In this document: one piece after another, positions 1 through 12,290 of the stretch | How the letters are laid out: each line of letters starts with the position of its first letter | Position numbering within the stretch: position 1 is the stretch's first letter | NCBI GenBank assembly: GCA_977030845.1 | Contig: OZ365114.1 | Coordinates: 14,694,001 to 14,758,000 of the forward strand | Source: Fimbriosthenelais zetlandica | Lineage: Eukaryota | Direction of reading: 5' to 3' | DNA length: 64,000 nucleotides | The notes under the pieces: model-generated | Databases searched by the model: none | What the model saw: the letters and a program-made list of their open reading frames with translations, nothing else | Told to the model about the DNA's origin: nothing | Program-made: the position numbers and the translations under genes

Positions 1-470
1 TGATGTCTTTTCATGCTGAGCAATGGGCTGTAAAACTCAGAATGAGGGTCCAGTGAAAGGAGTGGATCAAAGACAGGCAAAACATGGCTGAGTCGCTTAT
101 TGTTATCACAACAACTATGCAACGAGCTGTAATAGACTGACTAGAAATATGGGGAGACGACTAGGTTGTTTCAAAAAGATAGTCGAATTGGATAAACAAA
201 ATGCAGTTTTCATATTGACAACATGGCTAAAAAGAAAGGGCCCCACTTCAATGCAACCGTTACTAACCCTAACCCTTGACCTACACTTCCTGCACAGCCT
301 TCTGGGTAGAAAAAAAGGTATTGCACATGTGGGATATCTGCCCGGATATCACCCGGGAAAATCTCAAGGATAAATTCCCCGAAAGATTCCACAATGGTCA
401 ATCAAAACATGTGAATAGAATGCCACATGTCCATGCAGGGCAATGCCCAGTATGTGACAGGACGCTTACG
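1..470 (-). mobile_element. Degenerate Ty3/Gypsy integrase relic (Zn-finger plus start of DDE core)
   Basis: Frameshifted minus-strand translations give LSHTGH, IFPGDIRADIPHV (cf. YWPG..DI), VTVALKWGPF (cf. V.ID..GP) and ILFIQFDY (cf. YLLV.VDY) in integrase order. Matched by eye only. Confidence 0.4.
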
Positions 471-1499
471 GTCAATGACTAAGAATCTGCAGATGTTGAT
501 GGCAAACCTCTCATGCGTGCAGATGGGCAGAGTGTCATCACTGTGCATTCTCCAACATGATCTGGCTGCCTGCCCCCACTCCCCTTATGTGTAATGACCT
601 CAGAGATCTGGGCTGTTCTTGGCTGAAGAGGCAGCAAAGGGTTAGAAGGATCAGTGCTCGTATCAGTTACATAGAGGCCATGGCCAGAAACCCTGGAGCT
701 ACATTTGATGACCTCAACCTTTTCGCCAGCCCCCAAAAGTATGCCAGAATGAAGACAGGAGAACAATGCACTGTGTAATGAAGAACGTAACTCGATCTGA
801 TAGCAGCCCTGCTCTAAACTCTGAAATGTCATTAGGAATTATGGCTAACATTATGGATCAGAACCTTCACTCATATTAGATTATATCAATTGTGTCTTTC
901 ACAGTCATTAACTTCTGAACTGAACCGGTGAAATGCATTTCCACAAACCTCAAAATTCTTGCCTAATATTATAGGTCTAGCCTATAAAGGAATTCCACCT
1001 AAGAACCATAAAACTGTACCAGCGGATTCATATATTTGAAAACTTCCAGTATCTAGAAGAACATTGTTAGATACTTATCGGTTGTGACAACAGTACCAAG
1101 GCTATATGTTAATGTCACAGTACCAGAATCAGAAGCAAAAATTGTGTATGGCATACAAGCTCTCGTGCATCTTATTCTTACTATGCAAATATGGCAGAGT
1201 AAATCACCCTTAATATGACATAGATGTGATTCCAATACATTTCGTATACTTCCTGCATAGTAAGAACAGGCAGCTAGGAATATGCAGATGTGATTAGGCT
1301 GCTTTATCGCTGGTGATTATGGCCCTGCGGTTATATTATCTTTCCAATCAACAACCCTCTAAGCTTTTCTCCTCTTATCCTCGAATTCACATGACTGAAA
1401 TGGACTGTGGAATATTCCCATATAAGTGTATGTCACTGAAATTAATGTTTCTATCGAAGTGCAACATTCTATTCTATATGATGATATATTTTGTGTGTT

Positions 1500-1850
1500 G
1501 CTCTGAGAGGTCCATTTGTTGGGGAACACTGAAGCAAATCTGTCTAATAACGTGTTATAAAACAACTGCCTTGGGAACTTGTGTCAATTTTACCTTTGAG
1601 AGGTTTTATATGCCCGGCCAATTCTATAGTATAGAAGCGTCGGCACACTTTTATATAGGCCTGAGGTACTGTAGAGTCAGAGTAAGTGGCATAATAATAT
1701 GCTAATGGGAAAATGCCTCGTTGTGATTTGAATGGCATAACATGACAGCCTAAATGGAAAATCATTATAACTGTGGACCATTCATATGATGTCTACATGT
1801 AAACACACTGGATTTGGAATTGTTGCTGGTGCAACTGTTTTCCAGGGATT
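1500..1850 (-). mobile_element. Possible LINE reverse transcriptase relic
   Basis: ORF 1544-1765 contains KSQRGIF (cf. Q.GFR) and SSQGSCF (cf. PQGS). IPGK lies upstream. Very degenerate. Confidence 0.25.
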
Positions 1851-2207
1851 GGATCCTTCAATTTGAAAGGGACGACTCTTTCGAAACAGCCATTCTTAGT
1901 TTTAATAATAAGGTCACGTCACATGATAAATTAATACTGAATTTCCAGTATGAAATATAGTGCAAATCACATGTATAGGTCTATCTATAACATCATACAT
2001 GTCAGGTACACCAAAGGATAAACTGAATTAGTCTTCTTAAGTTATAATAGAAAAAACATATAAACCCTCAGTAATTATACAAAATAGCACTTCTATCCAC
2101 TACAGTAATCGTGATAAGCAATATCAAGACATAATTCCTCAACTCGCTCGGGGGAAAATCTACATTAGTGCCTGTTCACGATGTCCGATTTAAGCGTAAT
2201 AATGAAC

Positions 2208-2560
2208 CTAATGAGGGCAACCGTTTCCCATTTCAAGGCCCTCAAGTGGCAGAAGCAGAGAAGCCAGGCGGAAGAAATGCTTCTTCACTCTTGTAGATGG
2301 AGCTTGACTATCTAGCTGGGGAAAAGAATAACAGTGCAGCACCAGGCCCACCCCAGCAATCCAACGCCTGTCACAGATATGGCGTGCAAATGTCTCACAC
2401 ACGTTTTTCATGGTTGAAACTCTGCAGGAACTACTGGCAGGATGGTGCAGGTTCTCTGACATGGCATGGAGGCAGGTGGATATCACAATAGTACAATCAT
2501 ATAAGATACCAATACGACTCTTGTCTACATTGTGAATAGTTGCTTCAGTTCGTCTGAACA
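2208..2560 (-). mobile_element. Ty3/Gypsy integrase core C-half relic
   Basis: ORF 2208-2582 reads HHPASSSCRVSTMKNVCETFARHICDRRWIAGVGLVLHCY, resembling YHPQSNG.VER..TLK..L....W...L..VL..Y. Confidence 0.5.
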
Positions 2561-2984
2561 AAACAATGTTAAGACTCATCACATTTATTTATATTCTTCA
2601 GTGTCCTGCCATATCATAGACAATTAGACAGCCAATTGTGGAAAATATTGTCTGTCAGCAAAATTATTATGGCAATGGAATCGCGAAGGGATAAGGTTAC
2701 CTTAGACAACCAAGAACGAGGCATTCAGTGTTCAACTTTTCTACTTGATTGCGAAAGGTCATGTATGTGAAAACTGAACTGCCAAATCAAAGTTTCCGCA
2801 CTACCGAAATCTGAGAACAGGATTAAGCAGTGCTGCAGCTGAAATTTTCCTTTAGAAAACACCTCGTAGTTCTGTACTGACAAGCAATTCTTTATTCTGT
2901 TTATCTGACCACGAAGTCAGGTGGCTTTAGCACCAAGCTTGATCAAGCCTACTCAATCATTCATCGACCTCCTAAGTCTAGCGC

Positions 2985-3400
2985 CGAGATTCTCTCTCTT
3001 CCGGCTGTGACCAGAGAACCCTGAAGGCGACTGACAGCAAGCGTTTGCCATCTTTCCTGTTTAATCCACCCCCGAACTCAGCGCATGGTAAGGGACACGA
3101 GCACACATCTTTTGTGCGACCTTTTCCCCTCGCCTATTTTCAAGCCAAGATGGTGTATGTCACTAAGCCTGATGTATGCAGCAGACACTGCCTCCCGATT
3201 ACTGATAGCCAGTCACGTGGTGCACTACTGACTTCCGGTGGAGGAATCAATGGCGGGGCTTGCTGTCAAAGGAAATGCAATGTGACAAACCACCGCTAGG
3301 ATGCATGGTGAACTATAGGCCAATACCTGTTTCCGGTGATAGTGACCCGAAGTGATGCTTCGAAGAAGGCATTTTCTCCCTGATTAGATTGACGCGGGTT
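2985..3400 (+). promoter_or_regulatory. CpG-rich promoter-like island with candidate first exon ending ATG|GTAAGG
   Basis: Three ETS-type TTCCGG sites (~2999, 3233, 3331), GTCACGTGG E-box at 3212-3220, pyrimidine tract 2990-3000, and ATG at 3085-3087 directly followed by donor GTAAGG. No partner exon found. Confidence 0.45.
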
Positions 3401-3879
3401 AAGACCACTTAACTGTAGCCTCCAAGTTCTGAATCCCTAAGCTTCATATTGATCAGGGAATTATGCTGGGAGCAGTGGCTACAGTAATTAAAGTAATGGC
3501 CGGTGCTCACTCAACGTGAAGAGGGAACACCAAGGGCTAAATGCTGGCCAGCCTTCCAAGACACTAGTGAAAAAAAACGCAACTTGAGTGCTTGCTACTC
3601 TAGGTTTTGTCTTTTCGAGGGAGTCTGAAGTCAATCCGTTGCAATCTGGCTTTAAAATCTTGAAAAGTCCATAGAAAATCCAATAAAATGTTATGCTGAA
3701 CCAGTTAAGATATTATTGATGGGGGACCGTCTTGAGGATACAGTAGGAAATATTAGGTCAGGAAGCTAGAATTAATATTGAACCAAGTAGAATAATTTAA
3801 ATGTCTGCAAGACACAACTCTAGTTCTGTCTGGAAGAAGGGAGTCAAGTCATGTGAAGCAAAGAAATCATTCCAGTGTA

Positions 3880-4204
3880 CTGGTCCCTGTCAGGTCGTTG
3901 CCTTTCAAGCTCTGGCAGGAATGACATGGAACAGTTACACCACCGTTGCTGTACATTCGGGACATGCAATTTCCATGTCGTGTCACGTCGTTCTGTTACT
4001 CAGACATGTGGCAGAACCATTAGACTGCGGCAACCAGCAGAAGTAGCAGGCGGTGGAGACCCATGGTGCCTCTGTACTGATTGTTGTGAACTTAGGGCTC
4101 TCCATATAGAAATTCCCTCTTACTACTTGGAATCTACCCATGTGAAGCCCGCAACAGACAAAGCAAGACAGGTGCTGGAATGCCAGGCTTAAAAACACCA
4201 CCAT
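3880..4204 (-). mobile_element. Ty3/Gypsy integrase core relic
   Basis: ORF 3983-4204 has ESPKFTT (cf. DNGPQFTS) and WLPQSNGSATCLSNRT (cf. HPQSNG.AER.NRT). Confidence 0.5.
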
Positions 4205-4619
4205 CCTTTATTTTCCCAAAGTCATACACTATGGGCCTAGAGCAAGCGATCTCGGATAGGGAATACCAAGGCATGGTCTTCCTTTATGATGTTATTAGGA
4301 TTTATTTGTGTTATTTTGGGATATGTGAGCAGCTGAGGGATTCCCTCTACACATGTTTATATGACCAGGGAAAGATAAGTTGACAATCACTTAGTTCCAA
4401 GAGAACTGTATGGGAAAGTGAACAGACATGTCATTTCCATCTTGGATCTAAATCCAAACTTACATTTCTGCTCTTTCTGCAACCCTGTCTTTTCAGAGCC
4501 CCCCAAATACCATTAATTTTATGTACCATTGTATAATCATACATATTCAAACATCAGAAGTGTAGTCCTTGTGTTTGGATCTGTTACAAAAGAGAACTTT
4601 AGATTACTGAAATGAGGTA

Positions 4620-6916
4620 TGATCGAATAATTGAGACAATGTCAGATAACTGCTATTTGCCCAAGCATACCTTCAAATAGAAGCAATAACAGCAAATCTA
4701 ACCAATGGCATGGTCAGCAATACAGCTCATTCAAGCCATTATGCCCTAAGCAGGTTTCTCCTCTCAGCATCCACACTAATAGTCTTTGTCATGGAGACTG
4801 TACCATTACCTTAGATGACTGTAATCCGACCAGTTCTTGTTGCCATGGGAACCAGGCATAACTCCAAGTCCCGATAGCCACAGTAATTCCTGGCCAGGGC
4901 GACCAGATAATGGCAGTGGCCCCAATCTGCTCAGGGCCAGATTGAGCAATTCCAGAGTTTGTTTTTGCAAGCGGTTCAAATCGAAGGCCAAACAGTGTAA
5001 TTTACCCGACTTTGTTGGTTTGACGGAGTGCTCTGCGTATAGTCTCATGTTGGCTTTAGTTTCAATTGTCAAAGGGCTTTTAGAACCCCTTTGAGGGCCT
5101 TAAACCCTAATGCTTTATGTTCCCATTTCTCAGTAGAACATCCATGAATATAATACTGCTATATATAATACAGCAAATAGACAGTCAAGCCATTACTGCA
5201 TGTCCCTCATGAAAATAGTAAAATAAGATGCAGGGCATTCCTCTTGTCAGCAATAACTCCAAAACAACAATATCATGAAGATAATGTTATCTTTTGCCTT
5301 TTCCAATATTGGAAAATGGTTTTGTACGAAAAGTGAATAATATGTTCAGCTCGTTACAGGATTCCAGTTTTGTCAGACTATTAGCAGTATTCATTTAATT
5401 ATCTCGTGCACAATAATTAATGCTAATTGAAGAGCCAATCATGATTTGGCATACAATGTGGCCCATCTTGAATTACAGGCCCTGTGGCCAAACCTCCTCT
5501 GGTGAAAAAATACAGCATTTTTTATCCCTTCTGAAAATTTCCTAGCTGAGTGGAAATGAGGACCGGGCATAGTGCACTTGACATTTTGCTGGGTTGCCAA
5601 GGGCAATAACCCAGGTTCCCCTCTTCCCAACCCACGGACAAGGAGCTTTAGTGCTGACCAATTTGTTACTTAATTGTTCATATGAAGGGCCAGGTAGGGA
5701 GGTAACCTGATTTAGATCCCTTTGCAAAGATAGCTCCAGGTTTACTGCTGACAGAACACGTCAGGGTTGAGATACAGAAGAGGAAAAAATTACATCCTTA
5801 ATTGGTAGGACAGCCTGGAACAAAACACAGCACGTGAGAGTGGACGACTGGGGTGGACCATGTCCTACCGACTCAGCTGAAAACAGCAATGGTGATTTGG
5901 ATAATTTGTATACCATGTAACCATCCTTTAAGACATGGACAAATTAAGAGCTTTCCATGATGACCTGCCTGTTACTTTGCCTCATATTTGTCTAGACTTT
6001 TAATCATTATTAAAGCCTTTGAGAATATCATACTTAAACTTCTGGGGACAAAGTAGAAAGCAAAATCAATTCTGTAAATGGCATTATAAAATGAGAACAC
6101 AGGTTTGATCTTCAAAATGGGGATTCCTGGACTGGCCTGAAGGCACACGTACACAGGTGCGAACTCAAACTGTTATTAAATGTTCATTCATCACTTTCAT
6201 GTAGCCTGCGGTTCATTATCAACTCCTTTAAGACAGATCTGGGTAATCCATCTTAACAATGCTGACAAATCAGTACTTGAGGCGGATACTTCTTGGGGGT
6301 AGGTCTGTGTACCATGCAGGCTTTACTGAGCCACAATGGAGGTCAAACACTGAAGAGGTGATCATGTACATAATATATTCAATCTAACACTTCCATGGTG
6401 AGTCTTTGCCTCTGGGTAAATTATGTAACTCATTAAACCCCTGATGAATGGTTGAATAGCACAGATTGCATCAACCTTGAAAGAGAAAAATTGAGCTTGA
6501 TTTGGTTGGAAAACTTTGTGCAAACAACTAGAGCAACATTGTGTTGAATTTGGGGCTTGTATTTCTTCCCTGACTTAAGGGTATGCTACATAAGGATTTG
6601 AGAAAAAAAACAAAAGTAGATAAAAATTCAGATTGAATAAACTGTTATCCATTTTCCCATCCATCATCATCCACTCTACCCTACTATCAATGCCCATCAT
6701 GTTAAGACATGATAAGCTTTCAATACCATGATGGATGAAATCCTTTTTACAACCACATATCCAAAGGCCCTTGATGGAATTGTCGACCACAGCATAATCA
6801 ACTTTAATTTTTTTAGGGTACCTTTCAGTCCATGTAAAGCTTTGGAAAAATGAAATAGGCCTACTTTCAGGATATGGAATGTTGTTGTGCAACGAGCATT
6901 TGCGCCAAATTTTCAT
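4620..6916 (-). mobile_element. Degenerate Ty3/Gypsy pol (PR-RT-RH-IN order)
   Basis: From high to low coordinate: protease-like YAVV...ICG..DF (ORF 6575-6916); RT-like AIQPF and FSVFDLHCG (~6300-6480); RNase H-like LVSTKAP...VIAL and HF...GHRA (5439-5727); integrase LGPLPLSG (4806-5072) and GNGTVSMTKTI...MPLVRFA (4620-4800). Many stops and frameshifts. Confidence 0.55.
4839..4852. promoter_or_regulatory. RFX X-box-like palindrome GTTGCCATGGGAAC
   Basis: Matches the GTTNCCATGGNAAC consensus; lies inside the Gypsy integrase relic. Confidence 0.35.
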
Positions 6917-8049
6917 ATTATATGGTCACATAAGATAGGCCTATGTCAGAAGAACTTTAGATGAAACAAACATGATCGAAAAAATACCAGTTCAGTTTAA
7001 TCTTATAAGCCTTATCAATTTAGACAATAATATTATTAATATTTTCTATATGTTTAGCTGAGAAAAGGATAAATATTGGTGGGATATACGTACATGTAAA
7101 CAACTTATCACTTCATGCTGTTTAGCAAACATCTCCCGCTAGGCAAGGTCTCTAACCAATCCGGCCCGTACATGTCTTTCCCCGGATGGTACGCCCTATT
7201 AACCACATGACCCAGCGCTCCCAAGTCCCTAGACCTTCATTTCCCCCTCATACATCCCCTCACTGAGCCGGCTGATCATTGCTCATTCCATTCCTATTGC
7301 CTTGTAAATTATTTACCAGCCAAAGCCCGGCCTGCCGATCCCCACCACAGACCCCATTATCCCGCGACGTGATTTCACTCTAAAGACGTGGAAAATGAAA
7401 CTTCTGGCCTCGCGCTCTGCCGCTGAACTTCCTGTCGTCTGGCAGCGCCATTACAAACAGCGATACGCCCAGCTTCCCTCTGCTACCCCTCACATGCATA
7501 TTTGTAATCCATGAATCGTGGACCGAGCGCGATACCTTGACCCCTGCCAGATGACTAACAGCCTGCGTGAATAGCGTTCTGAATATCATCTGCCAAACTA
7601 AGGTGAGGTAATCTCTGCGCCAATGAATGGCAGTGAAATGTTTTTTTATCTGGCTTCTGGTCCTCCTACCATTACCACGGGTGCTGCTGATGCTGATGCT
7701 GTTGCCACAACTTCAGCGGAGGCTCCTGTTTCTATACACAGAGGTGCAAATACCTACAAGCCTTAACAAAACATGGCCTGGTGTATTTTCTTTTTATTCC
7801 TTTTTTGAGTGATGCTAACACTGCGGTTTTATGAGGGATGAACTGAATGATAATCATGAAAATCAGTGCCGAGCTAACAAAGGACAGTTTCATCTACAGA
7901 GATGCATGTAAAGTTGAAGAAATGACCCGTTTAATATCTCCTCACTGTAATGGCAATGTGATTGATACCCTCTCTGCTGCAGAGGACTATGTAAGGAAGG
8001 AAGGAAGGAATACCACCATGGGTATCACTTTTCAAATATCGGAGAGGCC

Positions 8050-10560
8050 CGCATTGCCTGTCTGACCAATGCAGATTGATGATACAGATATCGATTCACT
8101 GAGCTTGTCATAGTAGGACACTACAGGCTCAGTGGAACATTTGATATTCATGTTGTTGTAGGCTAACGCATGAACTGACCTATAAACCCCCACATTTCCA
8201 ATAAGAACACTGATATGTATTCATCATCGGAGGTCATCAGGCTAGCTTGACATGCCCTTGATGACATTTTCCCTGTCACGGTGTCAAGGTCGGCGTTGGA
8301 GAAACACTTTCTTTCTATTTTTTTCCTCCAGCATTTTCGCAAGGTACCGAGGAAGGCATGAGCAAATCCAGGAAGGCCTGGACTGTCGGGACCCGCCACC
8401 CTATCCCTTTGCTAACCGATATTGTCAATGGCTTCCTCCAATGACCCTTGCTCCAGGGCTTCAGGGGGTCTACTCCAGGTTGTGACGTTTCTTGATGACC
8501 TGCGCCAATTGCCTCATCTTTCCAGCACTGGCGTTGCGGCCAGCCATCCCCCCGATCATATATTGGGTTATCTTCAGCAGGAAGCCCGGCCATAGCATGG
8601 TGTTATCATGTTCCCTGCGCTGTTCCCTGATGACCATGGGTCATTCATCAAATGAACGACCACTATCAGGGTGGTATTGACCAGGTGTCCTAAAGCCGCC
8701 CAACTCCAGGCCTCCTTGTCATTACCCTGCCACCCTGCAGGTCATAGCCTTTTTGACCTCACAACTAACCTCTTTCCCATCAGCTGCCTATTATGATGGT
8801 GTGAAAAGTTTCTCTAAGCTGGATTGGCCAGGAGGTGAGAACATTCTTTATCATTATGTGAATCCCTCAGCTTCATATTTGACCATACCCCGGAGCTGTT
8901 TATTGCCGGGATGGAAATCAGGATTCCCCTGCATGGTCTCTATGATGGCAAGGTTTGGATATTCACATTTTCTCGAGGTCAGGAGTTGTTTTATTAGTTT
9001 AACAGAGAATAATGCATCAGAAATACATCTGGAAGTTAATCTGAACCCTGATCTTCTTCATCATTGAATTTCCAATCAGCCTAATGCGTTATCGTAAGAA
9101 CAAATCCTTCGTCTTAGTAATGCTGCACCATTCACACTTTAAGGGCCAGTGGTGTAACCTATCAGTGAGGCGACTGTTTAAGTAGGGCCTCCAGCAAATA
9201 ATCCTGATGTATTATGTATGGTTTGACCCGGTCTGAAGTCGGCTAAACTGGTTGATCAGTTGACCAGCATCCACAACAAGTTAACGTCACCATGAATGGC
9301 AGCAATCGATGACGACCTCTGACCGTGACCAGGACACCAGAACAGAGGAGGCATGACTCAGTGGACGCTGCTACAGTCCAGATGACTCCCCCAACAACCT
9401 ATAAGACCCCGCGGATCAAGCTTTATTATAGCACCCCGTTCATCTTGACCATCGTCTGGTCGTTATTATTAACAACATGGGTTATTTTGGCTTGAAATGG
9501 TCAACCCCCCGACCGGCAAATCGCCAGTGCAAAGCAATCAGGCTCGAAATTATAACATGATTTGCTAGATCTGGTACCTTTGGGGGAAAATGCAAGACAA
9601 GGCTTTATCCCAGCCTCTATCCCAGTGACAATTTGAGGAATTCCATCACATGTGAATACCCCCAGTGCCTCGCATTAATTGGTGACCCTGATCTGGATTC
9701 ATCATCTTTCCACCTTAGCCGTCACTAAGCACTAATTTGTTATCCCCGCAGGCGCCCATTGGAATATCTCCAATAACACCATAATCCTTCTTGTATCCCC
9801 ACATCTCCTTGATCCCCTGTCTAACAATGATCAGAGAACTGACTGCGCGCTGAGGGTTTGAATGCGATCATCAACTATTAAATCCGAAACGGTGTCATTA
9901 CAGGCAGTGGGGCACAGCTATCTCCCTCAGCTAGGGAACGGGGCTGACACATTCTGTACTTTAATAAATAGCGGAGGGATCCTAAAATCTAATCAATAAC
10001 AATGGGATTTAAGGAATCAAATCCTGCAGTCCCAGTGGGCGCATCCCCCATGCTGAGATGGATGACACCGATTCAAATCCCTAAACAAAGGAGATTATAC
10101 TTGTCTTTCATTGACTTACATTGGCGGTATCGAATTTTTTTTTGCTCCCGACTTCGGCTTTCATCGCATCATTAATTATTAGTCCATTCATCGATAGATG
10201 TATAGGCGTACATTTGATAAGAATAGGGATTCCCTACCTTCTTTTAAAACCACTCATTCTTTTCACCATCAGGTTTCTCAATGGACTTTCCAACATTCAT
10301 TTTCGTCCATGACCAAGACGTTTCAGCATCTCTCAGTTGGCTCAATGACACTGATCACATAGCCTTTGCATATATAAGCATGGTTTTCTAGATTTATGTG
10401 TGGTCCCCAACCAGTTTCTATTTCCGAGAAGGTGTTGGACATCTGAGACCCAACGTGCCTGAAGGAAAATATAGCCCATACTCATGACATGGCATACCAA
10501 ACATAACGGACAGAGTGGTATACAAGACTGAGCCAACCATGTTCCACTAGGCTGCATGGC
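8050..10560 (-). mobile_element. Degenerate Ty3/Gypsy gag-pol element
   Basis: Gag knuckle-like LCDQCH...LGH (~10310-10370); protease-like FDTANVS (~10110-10140); RT-like GVIGDIP, CLAFSPKG, PFQAKI (9450-9830); RNase H-like YDNALG, TSRCISDA (~9000-9100); integrase MLWPGFLLKITQY, PLKPWSK, LMTSDD...WGF (8160-8640). No LTRs recognised. Confidence 0.55.
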
Positions 10561-12089
10561 CTTAAATTGCTCATTTTTAAAGGTTCGAGTTGGCAGCGCT
10601 TTCTATCTCAGCCATCATTCTTTCATTTTTTATGCCATTTATTACTGGTTTCCTGCTTGTCAGAAGTGACCTTCCCATGGCTTATATCACAACTGGTATG
10701 TGAAAGGCTAGACACGTCTGGGCTAGGCTGCTTTCTCCCTGATTTAATGCTGCGGTGGAAGAGTTCATATAATAGGTCATAAGGGTAGCGAATGTAAACT
10801 AGGTTATCAGAGAAAATCTATGTGTTCCTTTTAGACCACTGGGAATATATAACGTGAAAAAGGTGGCAGCGCCTGGAATGGAGGTAGCCATGGACAGCTG
10901 AAGGCAGCACGCAGTCTGCATCTCAAAAAGCCTCCCTCACAGAGTCTTTCAAGGATGGCGTTGCCATAGCAATACCATGGTGATGAACAGGTTACAGTCC
11001 CAGTTCTAATGGGTCCCGGGAAAGGTCGGGCCAATTGGTTTCCACGACCACGAAACTGATAAGAATGACCCCGACAGGGCCCAGGATGGGACAAGGAAGA
11101 CATGGTCAGCCAGGGCGGGATAGATGCTTCACTGAAGCGAGCAAAGGACAATCACTCTTATATCAGGAAAGTAAGTAGAGTGGCTATCACCCTCTATACA
11201 TCAGCTGAGAGGGAGAATGCAAGACTGAACATAGTCCGATAAACACAGTAGTCTTCTGCTAGTGCCATAGCGCATGCCCGAATCCCCAAAGAGTAGGATG
11301 GACTTTGCCACAGATATGCTGTACCAACGGCAATTGGCTTTTTAGTCGGACCTGCAGGAGCATTTGAGGGGAGATATTATAACTCCATCCATCATAGATT
11401 GCCCTTGGCTTTTTATAGCCCATGCAGGTCATTGATTATAGAATGAATTGAATCGATTTGGAAACAATAACCTTGGTCATTTCAGGGCTTGTGAAGTGAG
11501 GAGAAGCGAGAAACTGACCCAGCTGGGACCTCCTCAAGGCATTTCTTTATACAACAGCCTCTCATCAGAGGGAAAGTAATCCAATGCATGCAGCATAGAT
11601 TCCCTCTCTGTCTATCTCTCTTTCGTAATAGTTCTTATACAATGCCCAATAGGTCTAGACATATAATGTTTCAGCTTCGCCTCTTATCAATTTCCTGTCC
11701 GATAATGAAATGCAAAGTGATGTTCTATAGATGTGATTTTGTATTATAGTTAATTAGCCTCAAGTCATTTCATCTTGAGGCGACTACAGGGAAATGTAGC
11801 TTCTTCCTATATGTACCTGACATTCCATTAAGACATCAGAAACGTACATGTATATAAAGGAATTCACATTATACTTCTGATGTTCCAAACTAAAGTACAC
11901 CTCTGAGCAGTCATTATAGATTAGTTTTCAGTGTACATAAGAAAAGCAAAAGAGGACCCCCAAACTCTAGCTAGGTGTTAGAAAATGCTGTAGGGGAATA
12001 CTTCACAAATACATAATTGCCAGATATAATACTATATATATCACCATTTTGGCGATATGCATTGCATATATAATTCATATTAAATTGAA

Positions 12090-12290
12090 AAAAGAGGGGA
12101 GCTTGGGGAGAGCTGCACATTTTCCTATATTCCCCGGTACAGAATTTGTTCGAGTGTTGCTTGCTGGAAGCTGGGAAAGAGTATTTCCCAATTGTGCCAT
12201 CAACACAACCATTGTATGTGCGGCCGGTATTGCAACATTTCACCGTGGCTGGTCGCTTGAGGTGTTTTGTGTAACAACACCAGGCAAATG
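12090..12290 (-). mobile_element. Possible PIF/Harbinger transposase fragment
   Basis: NGCVDGT...SSKQHSNKFC in ORF 11971-12243 resembles the DDE_Tnp_4 motif GCIDGTH...RK.HS.N.Q.VC. Confidence 0.3.

Noticed and set aside
3121-3160. Ribosomal-protein-type start (TOP tract, ATGGT|gtatgt at 3150)
   Set aside because: No matching second exon of any MV-starting protein was found, and the donor at 3088 is stronger.
5439-5630. Tyrosine recombinase catalytic tail (HSAR...GH...Y)
   Set aside because: Its position between RT-like and integrase-like segments fits Gypsy RNase H better.
9143-9180. tRNA/SINE A-box-like GGCCAGTGGTGTAAC
   Set aside because: No B-box or cloverleaf; lies within Gypsy pol-like sequence.
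8050-11500. Endogenous RNA-virus polyprotein or Polinton
   Set aside because: No helicase, RdRp, pPolB or capsid motifs found. Gag-knuckle, PR, RT, RH and IN-like motifs in Gypsy order explain most of it.
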